NCBI RefSeq assembly: GCF_003334785.1
Contig: NZ_QOWV01000006.1
Reading direction: 5' to 3' (one strand)
Origin: Escherichia coli
GTDB lineage: Bacteria; Pseudomonadota; Gammaproteobacteria; Enterobacterales; Enterobacteriaceae
Length of the DNA stretch: 64,000 bases
This document shows positions 11,070 to 22,142 of the stretch, piece by piece; positions within the stretch are counted from its first letter, which is position 1; every line of letters starts with the position of its first letter. The notes under the pieces were generated by a model. The model ran no database searches, was not told the origin of the DNA, and saw nothing but the letters and a program-made list of their open reading frames with translations. Position numbers and translations under genes: made by a program.

Positions 11070-13004
11070 TTAAGACGATTTACGTACGCGCAAATACCAT
11101 TCGCACAGTAAACGCACCTGTTTACGGGTGTAGCCTTTTTCCATCATACGGTCGACAAAGTCGTCGTGTTTCTTCTGCTCGTCGGTTGACGTTTTGGCGT
11201 TAAACGAGATAACCGGCAACAGCTCCTCGGTATTGGAGAACATTTTCTTCTCGATGACCGTGCGCAGTTTTTCATAGCTGGTCCAGTTCGGATTGCGTCC
11301 GCTGTTATTCGCTCTGGCGCGCAGTACGAAGTTAACAATCTCGTTGCGGAAATCTTTTGGATTACTGATCCCCGCCGGTTTCTCGATTTTCTCCAGCTCG
11401 GCGTTAAGAGACTCGCGGTCAAACAGCTGCCCGGTATCCGGATCGCGATACTCCTGATCCTGAATCCAGAAATCCGCGTAGGTAACATAACGGTCGAAAA
11501 TGTTTTGCCCATATTCGGAATAGGATTCAAGGTAGGCCGTCTGGATCTCTTTGCCGATAAACTCGGCATATTTCGGGATCAGATAACCTTTCAGGAACTC
11601 CAGATAGCGTTCTGCCTGCTCTTGTGGGAACTGCTCGCGCTCAATCTGCTGTTCCAGGACGTAGAACAGATGGACCGGGTTTGCTGCCACTTCTACATGA
11701 TCGAAGTTGAACACGCGGGAGAGGATCTTAAACGCAAAACGCGTCGACAGACCGTTCATCCCTTCATCGACACCGGCGTAGTCACGATATTCCTGATACG
11801 ACTTGGCTTTGGGATCGGTGTCTTTCAGACTTTCGCCATCATAAACCCGCATCTTTGAATAAATGCTGGAGTTTTCTGGCTCTTTCAGGCGCGAAAGAAT
11901 GGAAAAACGTGACAGTGTTTCGAGCGTGCCAGGGGCGCATGGGGCGTGAGTCAATTCACTGTGATTAAGCAATTTCTCGTAGATTTTGATCTCTTCGGAA
12001 ATGCGCAAGCAATACGGCACCTTCACGATGTAAACACGATCGAGGAAGGCTTCGTTGTTTTTGTTATTACGGAAAGTGACCCATTCGGACTCGTTCGAGT
12101 GTGCGAGAATAATCCCGTTGAACGGCAGGGCGGAGATACCTTCCGTCCCGTTGTAGTTACCTTCCTGAGTGGCGGTTAACAAGGGATGCAGCACTTTAAT
12201 CGGTGCTTTAAACATCTCAACGAATTCCATGATCCCCTGATTGGCGCGGCACAGCGCACCGGAATAGCCGTAGGCGTCCGGGTCATTCTGCGCGTAGTGT
12301 TCGAGTTTACGAATATCGACTTTCCCAACCAGCGCGGAGATGTCCTGGTTGTTCTCATCGCCGGGTTCCGTTTTGGCGATAGCAATTTGTTGCAGAATTG
12401 ACGGCCAGACCTTCACTACCCGGAACTTAGTGATATCGCCACCAAATTCATGCAGGCGTTTTGCCGCCCACGGCGACATGATGGTGCCGAGATAACGGCG
12501 AGGAATGCCATACTCTTTTTCCAGAATCTGCGCATCTTCCTGCGGATTGAAAAGACAGAACGGATGATCGTTGACCGGGCTACGCTCACCGTTCGCGCTC
12601 AATACATAAATCGGTACGAGCTGCATTAATGATTTCAGTCGCTCAGCAAGCGATGATTTACCCCCACCCACAGGCCCCAGCAGATACAGGATTTGTTTCT
12701 TCTCTTCCAGCCCCTGAGCCGCGTGTTTCAGATAAGAGACAATCTGTTCAATCGCGTCTTCCATGCCGTAAAACTCTTCAAACGCCGGATAACGTGCAAT
12801 GACCCGGTTAGAAAAGAGTCGAGAAAGTCTGGGTTCCTGGGCTGTATCGACCATGACAGGCTCACCGATAGCCATCAATAGCCGCTCAGCCGCGTTGGCA
12901 TAAGCACTGCGATCTTGCCGACAAGTGGTAAGAAACTCCTGCAGTGTGAACTCTTCGTCCTTGGCAGCTTCATATCGCTGGCGATAGTGATCGAATATAT
13001 TCAT
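11070..13004 (-). CDS. yeaG: PrkA-family serine protein kinase YeaG, 644 aa
   Basis: Track ORF; Walker A GPVGGGKSS near N-terminus. Confidence 0.9.
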   Translation of the reverse strand: MNIFDHYRQRYEAAKDEEFTLQEFLTTCRQDRSAYANAAERLLMAIGEPVMVDTAQEPRLSRLFSNRVIARYPAFEEFYGMEDAIEQIVSYLKHAAQGLEEKKQILYLLGPVGGGKSSLAERLKSLMQLVPIYVLSANGERSPVNDHPFCLFNPQEDAQILEKEYGIPRRYLGTIMSPWAAKRLHEFGGDITKFRVVKVWPSILQQIAIAKTEPGDENNQDISALVGKVDIRKLEHYAQNDPDAYGYSGALCRANQGIMEFVEMFKAPIKVLHPLLTATQEGNYNGTEGISALPFNGIILAHSNESEWVTFRNNKNNEAFLDRVYIVKVPYCLRISEEIKIYEKLLNHSELTHAPCAPGTLETLSRFSILSRLKEPENSSIYSKMRVYDGESLKDTDPKAKSYQEYRDYAGVDEGMNGLSTRFAFKILSRVFNFDHVEVAANPVHLFYVLEQQIEREQFPQEQAERYLEFLKGYLIPKYAEFIGKEIQTAYLESYSEYGQNIFDRYVTYADFWIQDQEYRDPDTGQLFDRESLNAELEKIEKPAGISNPKDFRNEIVNFVLRARANNSGRNPNWTSYEKLRTVIEKKMFSNTEELLPVISFNAKTSTDEQKKHDDFVDRMMEKGYTRKQVRLLCEWYLRVRKSS

Positions 13005-13439
13005 GGTATGCCGTCCTTTCGTTTTTTAGCACAGGTTAAGAGCCGTTCATATGAATAGTAGAGGCTCCCGGAAGAGGTAAACTGAACGACGTCTCTTGCT
13101 AAAACACAGCAACTCTCATGCCATTTTATCGACGATGAGAACAACGTGCCCGGTGATACACCTTCAAAATTAAGCGTAGATGGCAAATGGAAAACTTGCC
13201 TGCACGGCTTTCTTAATTTCAATGGCATATCAACAACTCATCCATAAATTTTGCATAATTAATGTAAAGACCAGGCTCGCCAGTAACGCTAAATTCATTT
13301 GGCTGTAAGCGCGGTGTCATCCGCGTCAGGAAAATTAAACAGTTACTTTAAAAAATGAAAACGTAAAAAGGTTGGGTTTCGATGTATTGACGGGTAAACT
13401 TTGTCGCCCGCTAAACATTTGTTTAAGGAATGATTAATT

Positions 13440-14186
13440 GTGACCAAACTCAAACTTCTGGCACTTGGAGTGCTTATCGCAACGTCTGCAGGCGTAGCGC
13501 ACGCTGAAGGTAAATTTTCCCTGGGCGCAGGCGTAGGTGTCGTTGAACACCCATATAAAGATTACGATACCGATGTTTACCCAGTACCGGTAATCAACTA
13601 TGAAGGCGATAACTTCTGGTTCCGTGGCTTAGGTGGTGGTTACTACCTGTGGAATGACGCAACGGATAAACTTTCAATTACCGCTTACTGGTCGCCGCTT
13701 TACTTCAAAGCGAAAGACAGTGGCGATCACCAAATGCGTCACCTGGATGACCGTAAGAGCACCATGATGGCTGGTCTGTCTTATGCTCACTTTACCCAGT
13801 ACGGTTACCTGCGTACCACCCTGGCTGGCGATACCCTGGATAACAGCAACGGCATCGTCTGGGATATGGCCTGGTTGTATCGTTACACCAACGGTGGCCT
13901 GACCGTGACTCCGGGTATTGGTGTGCAGTGGAACAGCGAAAACCAGAACGAATACTATTATGGCGTATCGCGCAAAGAGTCCGCTCGCAGCGGTCTGCGT
14001 GGCTATAACCCGAACGACAGCTGGAGCCCTTACCTGGAGCTGAGCGCCAGCTACAACTTCCTCGGCGACTGGAGTGTTTACGGTACCGCACGCTACACCC
14101 GTCTGTCTGATGAAGTTACTGACAGCCCGATGGTGGATAAATCCTGGACTGGCCTGATTTCTACCGGGATCACCTACAAATTCTGA
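13440..14186 (+). CDS. mipA: MltA-interacting outer-membrane protein MipA, 248 aa (GTG start)
   Basis: Track ORF; signal peptide; C-terminal aromatic residue typical of OM beta-barrel proteins. Confidence 0.85.
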   Translation: MTKLKLLALGVLIATSAGVAHAEGKFSLGAGVGVVEHPYKDYDTDVYPVPVINYEGDNFWFRGLGGGYYLWNDATDKLSITAYWSPLYFKAKDSGDHQMRHLDDRKSTMMAGLSYAHFTQYGYLRTTLAGDTLDNSNGIVWDMAWLYRYTNGGLTVTPGIGVQWNSENQNEYYYGVSRKESARSGLRGYNPNDSWSPYLELSASYNFLGDWSVYGTARYTRLSDEVTDSPMVDKSWTGLISTGITYKF

Positions 14187-14218
14187 TAATGCATCTTTCC
14201 AGGGCATTTTGTGCATAA

Positions 14219-14243
14219 AAACAGGGCGTCACGCCCTGTTTTG
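14219..14243 (+). terminator. Bidirectional Rho-independent terminator after mipA (cagggcg/cgccctg flanked by A-run and T-run)
   Basis: aaaaacagggcgtcacgccctgttttgc. Confidence 0.7.
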
Positions 14244-14275
14244 CATTACGGTGGTGCAATACCTGGGAGGAAACA

Positions 14276-15130
14276 ATGCAACAAAAAATGATTCAATTTA
14301 GTGGCGATGTCTCACTGCCAGCCGTAGGGCAGGGAACATGGTATATGGGCGAAGATGCCAGTCAGCGCAAAACAGAAGTTGCTGCACTACGCGCGGGCAT
14401 TGAACTCGGTTTAACCCTCATTGATACCGCCGAAATGTATGCCGATGGCGGTGCCGAAAAGGTGGTTGGGGAAGCATTAACCGGTCTGCGAGAGAAGGTC
14501 TTTCTCGTCTCTAAAGTCTATCCGTGGAATGCTGGCGGGCAAAAAGCGATAAATGCATGCGAAGCCAGTTTACGCCGTCTCAATACTGATTATCTCGATC
14601 TTTACTTATTACACTGGTCTGGCAGTTTCGCTTTTGAAGAGACTGTCGCAGCGATGGAAAAATTGATCGCCCAGGGAAAAATCCGCCGCTGGGGCGTTTC
14701 TAACCTTGATTATGCTGATATGCAGGAACTCTGGCAGCTGCCGGGGGGAAATCAGTGTGCCACTAATCAGGTGCTTTACCATCTCGGTTCACGAGGAATT
14801 GAGTACGATCTACTCCCCTGGTGCCAGCAACAGCAGATGCCGGTGATGGCTTACAGTCCGTTAGCCCAGGCCGGGCGGTTGCGCAATGGACTGTTAAAAA
14901 ACGCGGTAGTCAACGAAATTGCACATGCTCACAATATCAGCGCGGCACAAGTATTGTTGGCGTGGGTGATCAGTCATCAGGGTGTGATGGCGATTCCAAA
15001 AGCGGCCACGATTGCCCATGTCCAACAAAATGCGGCTGTGCTTGAGGTCGAACTTTCTTCAGCGGAATTAGCTATGCTGGATAAGGCATATCCGGCACCA
15101 AAAGGAAAAACTGCGCTGGATATGGTGTGA
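14276..15130 (+). CDS. yeaE: Aldo-keto reductase YeaE, 284 aa
   Basis: Track ORF; AKR-family sequence. Confidence 0.85.
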   Translation: MQQKMIQFSGDVSLPAVGQGTWYMGEDASQRKTEVAALRAGIELGLTLIDTAEMYADGGAEKVVGEALTGLREKVFLVSKVYPWNAGGQKAINACEASLRRLNTDYLDLYLLHWSGSFAFEETVAAMEKLIAQGKIRRWGVSNLDYADMQELWQLPGGNQCATNQVLYHLGSRGIEYDLLPWCQQQQMPVMAYSPLAQAGRLRNGLLKNAVVNEIAHAHNISAAQVLLAWVISHQGVMAIPKAATIAHVQQNAAVLEVELSSAELAMLDKAYPAPKGKTALDMV

Positions 15131-15167
15131 TGTTGTGTGCCGGATGCATTGCACCCGGCACACAACA
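15131..15167. terminator. 13-bp-stem hairpin between convergent yeaE and yeaD (tgttgtgtgccgg/ccggcacacaaca); likely shared terminator
   Basis: Perfect inverted repeat 15131-15143/15155-15167; no long U-tract. Confidence 0.5.
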
Positions 15168-15177
15168 TTAACGTAAA

Positions 15178-16062
15178 TTAACGTTTCGCAACGCGAATGG
15201 ATTGCGCCAGATGTGCAGGTTTCTCTTTGGTCACTTTTTGCGTTTCTGAAGCGTAAGCCGTTTCTACACAAACAAATGTTTTGTAGCCATCATCCGGCAT
15301 ATCGCCCATGCTAATTGAAAGCGCCGGTCCCGGGTTCCAGCCGACAACGTTCAGATGATGCTGGTGGCCTACGGCGATAATACGATTCAGCGCTTCATCA
15401 TTAATCACGCTGCAATCTTGTGGATTCAGATACACGCGATCGGTACGGTCAGGGAAGGTCTGAATACCATCGGTCAGTACATTTTCTTTCGCGTCATTCA
15501 CTTTATCAATGAAGCGATCGCCCAGCCCACTGACGCTTACCTTAGCGATATCACCCACGTTAAAGTAGGTATGCAGGGCAGAGGTGGTTTCAAATTCGCC
15601 ATGTGATTCAAGATCGATTTCACAAGTTTTACCCACGCGGAAATGCGCTAACAGCGTAAAGTCGTGCGGCCAGAATTTTTTCGTCTCTTCGCTTTGCGTC
15701 AATTCAAAAGTCAGCGCTACGCCATCAGCATCTTCATGATGTGATTTCAGCGTCCACGGCAGGTTGCGGGCAAAACCGTGCGCAGGCAGACCTTGTTGTG
15801 CCGCCGGACCAAACCACGGCCAGCAAACCGGTACGCCACCGCGAATAGCGACGCCATTTTTGAACGGTGTGTTGTTGCTCAACCACAGAACTTCTTCTTC
15901 ACCCGCAGGTTTCCACGAGAGAAGGTGTGCGCCCTGTAATGCAAAAGAGGCTTTTACCTGGGGATGATCGACCACAATGAGGTCCAGTTCATCCAGTTTA
16001 CGACGGGAGAGGACAGGGGAGATTTGTTCGATGACCGGAAGGGCAAAAATTTTCTTAATCAT
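15178..16062 (-). CDS. yeaD: YeaD, putative glucose-6-phosphate 1-epimerase (aldose-1-epimerase family), 294 aa
   Basis: Track ORF 15178..16083 trimmed to ATG at 16060-16062 (MIKKIFALPV). Confidence 0.85.
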   Translation of the reverse strand: MIKKIFALPVIEQISPVLSRRKLDELDLIVVDHPQVKASFALQGAHLLSWKPAGEEEVLWLSNNTPFKNGVAIRGGVPVCWPWFGPAAQQGLPAHGFARNLPWTLKSHHEDADGVALTFELTQSEETKKFWPHDFTLLAHFRVGKTCEIDLESHGEFETTSALHTYFNVGDIAKVSVSGLGDRFIDKVNDAKENVLTDGIQTFPDRTDRVYLNPQDCSVINDEALNRIIAVGHQHHLNVVGWNPGPALSISMGDMPDDGYKTFVCVETAYASETQKVTKEKPAHLAQSIRVAKR

Positions 16063-16093
16063 GACGCAGTCCTTTAACTTCATTTTATCAGGT

Positions 16094-16124
16094 AAAAAAA
16101 AGAGCGACCGAAGTCGCTCTTTTT
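16094..16124 (-). terminator. Rho-independent terminator of gapA (agagcgac/gtcgctct with flanking A and T runs)
   Basis: aaaaaaagagcgaccgaagtcgctcttttt, 22 nt after gapA stop. Confidence 0.75.
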
Positions 16125-16145
16125 AGATCACAGTGTCATCTCAAC

Positions 16146-17153
<1,008 letters not shown>

Positions 17154-17343
17154 CTATTTGTTAGTGAATAAAAGGTTGCCTGTAAAATTACAAAAACCTT
17201 ACGCAGCGTCAAGCGGAATCGTGTCAATCATTGCGACAAATCAATCCTGTGCCTAAGCATTACGCGACTGACTCGCCTCACTCTTCCTTTGGGCTTGAGA
17301 CCACATGGGGTCGGCGCCCCGAATTTTAAAGGGCAATTACGAT

Positions 17344-17369
17344 AAAAATGTGATTTTCATCACGATTTA
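17344..17369. promoter_or_regulatory. Candidate CRP site TGTGA-N6-TCACG in the gapA/msrB divergent region
   Basis: tgtgattttcatcacg at 17349-17364. Confidence 0.4.
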
Positions 17370-17482
17370 GGTGCAGCCATTTCGTCGAGATCAAGTTTAG
17401 GACAAAATTTTGCCAGTTGGTGTTAATGTTTTGTTAGAATCAGTCACGTAATGTGAGCACGATTAAAGTGAGATGTGAGCAA

Positions 17483-17896
17483 ATGGCTAATAAACCTTCG
17501 GCAGAAGAACTGAAAAAAAATTTGTCCGAGATGCAGTTTTACGTGACGCAGAATCATGGGACAGAGCCGCCATTTACGGGTCGTTTACTGCATAACAAGC
17601 GTGACGGCGTATATCACTGTTTGATCTGCGATGCCCCGCTGTTTCATTCCCAAACCAAGTATGATTCCGGCTGTGGCTGGCCCAGTTTCTACGAACCGGT
17701 AAGTGAAGAATCCATTCGTTATATCAAAGACTTGTCACATGGAATGCAGCGCATAGAAATTCGTTGCGGTAACTGTGATGCCCATCTGGGGCATGTCTTC
17801 CCCGACGGGCCGCAGCCAACGGGCGAACGTTATTGTGTTAACTCTGCCTCTTTACGCTTTACCGATGGCGAAAACGGCGAAGAAATCAACGGTTGA
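17483..17896 (+). CDS. msrB: Peptide methionine-R-sulfoxide reductase MsrB, 137 aa
   Basis: Track ORF trimmed to [10 protein letters not shown]; CxxC zinc-site pairs present. Confidence 0.9.
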
Positions 17897-17937
17897 AAAA
17901 ACGATTCAGCAACTTATTCCACAGGAGCGGAAAAATT

Positions 17938-18210
17938 ATGAATCTTGATGACATTATCAACAGCATGATGCCTGAGGTATACCAGCGTTTGTCGACCGCC
18001 GTTGAACTGGGGAAATGGCCTGATGGCGTTGCGTTGACCGAGGAACAAAAAGAGAACTGCCTGCAACTGGTGATGCTGTGGCAAGCCCGCCATAATATCG
18101 AAGCACAGCATATGACAATTGACACAAATGGTCAGATGGTCATGAAGAGCAAACAGCAGTTAAAAGAAGATTTTGGTATCTCAGCAAAGCCTATTGCCAT
18201 GTTTAAGTAA
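17938..18210 (+). CDS. yeaC: YeaC, DUF1315 protein, 90 aa
   Basis: Track ORF trimmed to ATG at 17938 preceded by GGAG. Confidence 0.8.
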   Translation: MNLDDIINSMMPEVYQRLSTAVELGKWPDGVALTEEQKENCLQLVMLWQARHNIEAQHMTIDTNGQMVMKSKQQLKEDFGISAKPIAMFK

Positions 18211-18469
18211 GTGGTTCATCCCCTTTTTGCCTCGGCTATGAAGGGGATAGCCAACAATGACCCCACGACTCATCTCAATTATCTCGCCATGACCTGGCTA
18301 AGTCCCAGTCCGATCTCTTGCCGTCCCGTTCACACCTGAATGACTTCTCCTGAACTTAAGTCTCAGACCTATTTGGCCGGTAATCCCTCTCGAATTTGCT
18401 CTTTTTGCGCCCCGCCTTCCATCAACCTGTAACAGACCCAGCCATTTTCTGCGTAATTGTGATCTGAGT

Positions 18470-18501
18470 TGTAAAACGCAGATTATTATCTGTGTTTTAC
18501 A
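18470..18501. promoter_or_regulatory. Inverted repeat TGTAAAAC-N16-GTTTTACA upstream of ydjL; candidate operator
   Basis: Arms at 18470-18477 and 18494-18501; TTGACC -35-like hexamer at 18511-18516. Confidence 0.35.
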
Positions 18502-18579
18502 GATTTAATGTTGACCTCAAAAATCATGTGGGTAAGTATGATGGCCATCTAAGCAAAACTAAACACAGAGGATGACGCA

Positions 18580-19656
18580 ATGAAAGCACTGGCTCGGTTT
18601 GGCAAGGCCTTTGGCGGCTACAAGATGATTGATGTCCCACAACCCATGTGTGGCCCGGAAGATGTAGTGATTGAAATTAAAGCCGCGGCAATCTGCGGCG
18701 CAGACATGAAGCACTACAATGTCGATAGCGGTTCTGATGAGTTTAACTCTATCCGCGGCCATGAGTTCGCAGGTTGTATTGCGCAGGTTGGTGAAAAAGT
18801 CAAAGACTGGAAAGTGGGGCAACGCGTCGTATCGGATAACAGCGGTCACGTTTGCGGTGTTTGTCCGGCCTGTGAACAAGGTGATTTTCTGTGTTGTACA
18901 GAAAAAGTAAACCTTGGTCTGGATAATAATACCTGGGGCGGTGGTTTTTCCAAATATTGTCTGGTTCCTGGTGAAATTCTCAAAATTCATCGTCATGCGT
19001 TGTGGGAAATCCCTGATGGTGTTGATTATGAGGACGCAGCCGTACTTGACCCTATCTGTAATGCCTACAAATCCATCGCGCAGCAATCGAAATTCCTTCC
19101 TGGTCAGGATGTGGTCGTCATCGGCACTGGCCCACTCGGGCTGTTCTCCGTACAAATGGCGCGAATTATGGGGGCGGTAAATATCGTCGTCGTTGGTCTG
19201 CAAGAAGATGTGGCGGTCCGCTTCCCGGTTGCAAAAGAACTGGGTGCGACGGCAGTAGTAAATGGTTCTACCGAAGATGTGGTGGCGCGCTGCCAGCAAA
19301 TTTGTGGCAAAGACAATCTGGGACTGGTGATTGAATGCTCCGGTGCCAATATCGCACTGAAACAAGCCATCGAAATGCTCCGCCCGAACGGGGAAGTGGT
19401 ACGCGTTGGAATGGGCTTCAAACCTCTTGATTTCTCGATTAATGACATTACCGCCTGGAACAAAAGCATCATTGGGCATATGGCCTATGACTCCACCTCA
19501 TGGCGTAACGCTATCAGGCTATTAGCCAGCGGCGCTATCAAAGTCAAACCGATGATCACGCATCGTATCGGCCTGTCGCAATGGCGCGAAGGGTTTGATG
19601 CGATGGTCGATAAAACCGCAATCAAAGTGATCATGACTTACGACTTTGATGAATAA
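18580..19656 (+). CDS. ydjL: Zn-dependent alcohol/polyol dehydrogenase YdjL (MDR family), 358 aa
   Basis: Track ORF; GHEFAG motif and GxGxxG NAD-binding fold. Confidence 0.85.
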   Translation: MKALARFGKAFGGYKMIDVPQPMCGPEDVVIEIKAAAICGADMKHYNVDSGSDEFNSIRGHEFAGCIAQVGEKVKDWKVGQRVVSDNSGHVCGVCPACEQGDFLCCTEKVNLGLDNNTWGGGFSKYCLVPGEILKIHRHALWEIPDGVDYEDAAVLDPICNAYKSIAQQSKFLPGQDVVVIGTGPLGLFSVQMARIMGAVNIVVVGLQEDVAVRFPVAKELGATAVVNGSTEDVVARCQQICGKDNLGLVIECSGANIALKQAIEMLRPNGEVVRVGMGFKPLDFSINDITAWNKSIIGHMAYDSTSWRNAIRLLASGAIKVKPMITHRIGLSQWREGFDAMVDKTAIKVIMTYDFDE

Positions 19657-19682
19657 CCACTCTCCTGAAGGAACGTTATCGC

Positions 19683-21062
19683 ATGGAACAGATAACAAAA
19701 CCGCATTGTGGTGCACGGCTGGATCGCTTACCGGATTGCCGCTGGCATTCATCAATGTTTGCCATCGTCGCGTTTGGCTTGCTTGTCTGCTGGAGTAATG
19801 CCGTTGGTGGCTTGATCCTCGCGCAGCTGAAAGCGTTGGGCTGGACAGATAATTCCACCACAGCCACATTCTCAGCAATCACGACCGCCGGAATGTTTCT
19901 CGGTGCGCTGGTGGGCGGCATCATTGGCGACAAAACCGGTCGCAGAAATGCGTTCATCCTCTATGAGGCCATTCATATTGCCTCGATGGTTGTCGGTGCT
20001 TTCTCACCGAATATGGATTTCCTTATTGCCTGCCGTTTTGTGATGGGAGTTGGGCTGGGAGCTTTACTGGTTACGCTGTTTGCTGGTTTCACCGAATATA
20101 TGCCCGGTAGAAATCGTGGAACGTGGTCAAGTCGGGTTTCCTTTATTGGCAACTGGTCATATCCGCTCTGTTCATTGATAGCGATGGGACTCACGCCGCT
20201 GATTAGTGCAGAGTGGAACTGGCGGGTACAACTGCTTATCCCTGCAATATTGTCGCTTATCGCTACGGCGCTGGCCTGGCGCTACTTTCCTGAATCCCCG
20301 CGCTGGCTGGAATCGCGCGGACGGTATCAGGAAGCCGAGAAAGTCATGCGGAGTATAGAAGAAGGCGTCATACGCCAGACGGGTAAACCTTTGCCGCCTG
20401 TGGTTATTGCTGATGACGGTAAAGCGCCACAAGCGGTGCCGTATTCAGCCTTACTGACAGGAGTATTACTGAAACGCGTGATATTAGGCTCTTGTGTGCT
20501 GATTGCCATGAACGTTGTGCAGTACACACTAATTAACTGGTTGCCAACAATATTCATGACCCAGGGGATTAATTTAAAAGACTCGATTGTTTTAAATACC
20601 ATGAGTATGTTTGGCGCGCCATTTGGTATTTTTATTGCCATGCTGGTGATGGATAAAATTCCGCGTAAAACAATGGGTGTGGGGCTATTAATCCTGATTG
20701 CGGTGCTCGGATATATCTATTCACTGCAAACCAGTATGTTGCTCATAACGTTGATTGGTTTCTTCCTGATTACTTTCGTCTATATGTACGTTTGCTATGC
20801 CTCGGCAGTGTATGTCCCTGAAATCTGGCCGACAGAGGCCAAACTCCGTGGCTCCGGTCTGGCGAATGCGGTAGGGCGAATCAGTGGTATTGCCGCACCT
20901 TATGCCGTTGCAGTGCTGCTCAGTAGTTATGGCGTTACGGGAGTCTTTATTCTTCTGGGGGCGGTTTCAATTATTGTCGCAATTGCTATCGCCACCATTG
21001 GAATCGAAACCAAAGGTGTCTCCGTTGAAAGTTTAAGTATTGATGCAGTAGCCAATAAATAA
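19683..21062 (+). CDS. ydjK: MFS transporter YdjK, 459 aa
   Basis: Track ORF; 12-TM MFS-like. Confidence 0.85.
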   Translation: MEQITKPHCGARLDRLPDCRWHSSMFAIVAFGLLVCWSNAVGGLILAQLKALGWTDNSTTATFSAITTAGMFLGALVGGIIGDKTGRRNAFILYEAIHIASMVVGAFSPNMDFLIACRFVMGVGLGALLVTLFAGFTEYMPGRNRGTWSSRVSFIGNWSYPLCSLIAMGLTPLISAEWNWRVQLLIPAILSLIATALAWRYFPESPRWLESRGRYQEAEKVMRSIEEGVIRQTGKPLPPVVIADDGKAPQAVPYSALLTGVLLKRVILGSCVLIAMNVVQYTLINWLPTIFMTQGINLKDSIVLNTMSMFGAPFGIFIAMLVMDKIPRKTMGVGLLILIAVLGYIYSLQTSMLLITLIGFFLITFVYMYVCYASAVYVPEIWPTEAKLRGSGLANAVGRISGIAAPYAVAVLLSSYGVTGVFILLGAVSIIVAIAIATIGIETKGVSVESLSIDAVANK

Positions 21063-21078
21063 TACGGGTGGATTCAAA

Positions 21079-22122
21079 ATGAAAAATTCAAAAGCAATAT
21101 TGCAGGTGCCGGGCACAATGAAAATTATTTCAGCAGAAATACCAGTGCCTAAAGAAGATGAAGTTTTGATTAAAGTAGAATATGTCGGTATTTGTGGTTC
21201 AGATGTACATGGTTTTGAATCAGGCCCGTTTATTCCGCCTAAAGACCCAAATCAAGAAATTGGCCTGGGTCATGAATGCGCCGGGACGGTTGTGGCTGTG
21301 GGAAGCCGCGTGCGCAAATTTAAACCGGGGGATCGGGTAAATATCGAACCTGGCGTTCCTTGCGGTCACTGTCGTTACTGTCTGGAAGGCAAATATAACA
21401 TCTGCCCGGACGTTGATTTTATGGCGACACAACCCAACTACCGCGGCGCATTAACGCACTATCTGTGTCATCCGGAGAGCTTTACTTACAAACTGCCCGA
21501 CAATATGGACACGATGGAAGGGGCGCTGGTGGAGGCTGCCGCAGTCGGGATGCATGCCGCGATGCTGGCAGATGTTAAACCGGGTAAGAAGATAATTATT
21601 CTGGGAGCAGGTTGTATTGGTTTGATGACGTTGCAAGCGTGCAAATGCCTGGGAGCAACGGAAATTGCCGTCGTTGATGTGCTGGAAAAACGTCTGGCAA
21701 TGGCGGAACAGCTTGGTGCGACAGTGGTTATTAACGGCGCAAAAGAAGACACTATTGCACGCTGTCAGCAATTTACCGAAGACATGGGCGCAGATATTGT
21801 TTTCGAAACAGCGGGTTCTGCGGTCACCGTTAAACAGGCACCTTATCTGGTAATGCGCGGCGGTAAAATTATGATTGTTGGTACTGTACCCGGCGATTCG
21901 GCAATCAATTTCCTCAAAATCAATCGCGAAGTCACTATCCAGACGGTATTCCGCTATGCCAATCGTTATCCGGTCACGATTGAAGCTATTTCTTCAGGGC
22001 GATTCGATGTGAAATCGATGGTGACGCATATTTACGATTATCGGGATGTACAACAGGCATTTGAAGAGTCAGTTAACAACAAACGCGACATTATTAAAGG
22101 CGTTATTAAAATTAGCGATTAA
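21079..22122 (+). CDS. ydjJ: Zn-dependent dehydrogenase YdjJ (MDR family), 347 aa
   Basis: Track ORF; GHECAG motif. Confidence 0.85.
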   Translation: MKNSKAILQVPGTMKIISAEIPVPKEDEVLIKVEYVGICGSDVHGFESGPFIPPKDPNQEIGLGHECAGTVVAVGSRVRKFKPGDRVNIEPGVPCGHCRYCLEGKYNICPDVDFMATQPNYRGALTHYLCHPESFTYKLPDNMDTMEGALVEAAAVGMHAAMLADVKPGKKIIILGAGCIGLMTLQACKCLGATEIAVVDVLEKRLAMAEQLGATVVINGAKEDTIARCQQFTEDMGADIVFETAGSAVTVKQAPYLVMRGGKIMIVGTVPGDSAINFLKINREVTIQTVFRYANRYPVTIEAISSGRFDVKSMVTHIYDYRDVQQAFEESVNNKRDIIKGVIKISD

Positions 22123-22142
22123 TTAATACGGGAGAACAGAAC

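Noticed and set aside
13181-13230. Possible sigma54 -24/-12 element upstream of yeaG
   Set aside because: No GG-N10-GC arrangement with correct spacing found on the yeaG strand.
13674-14216. 180-aa minus-strand ORF antisense to mipA
   Set aside because: Shadow ORF opposite mipA; Arg/Gly-rich low-complexity translation.
18559-19479. 306-aa minus-strand ORF antisense to ydjL
   Set aside because: Overlaps the well-supported ydjL dehydrogenase CDS on the opposite strand; no independent support.
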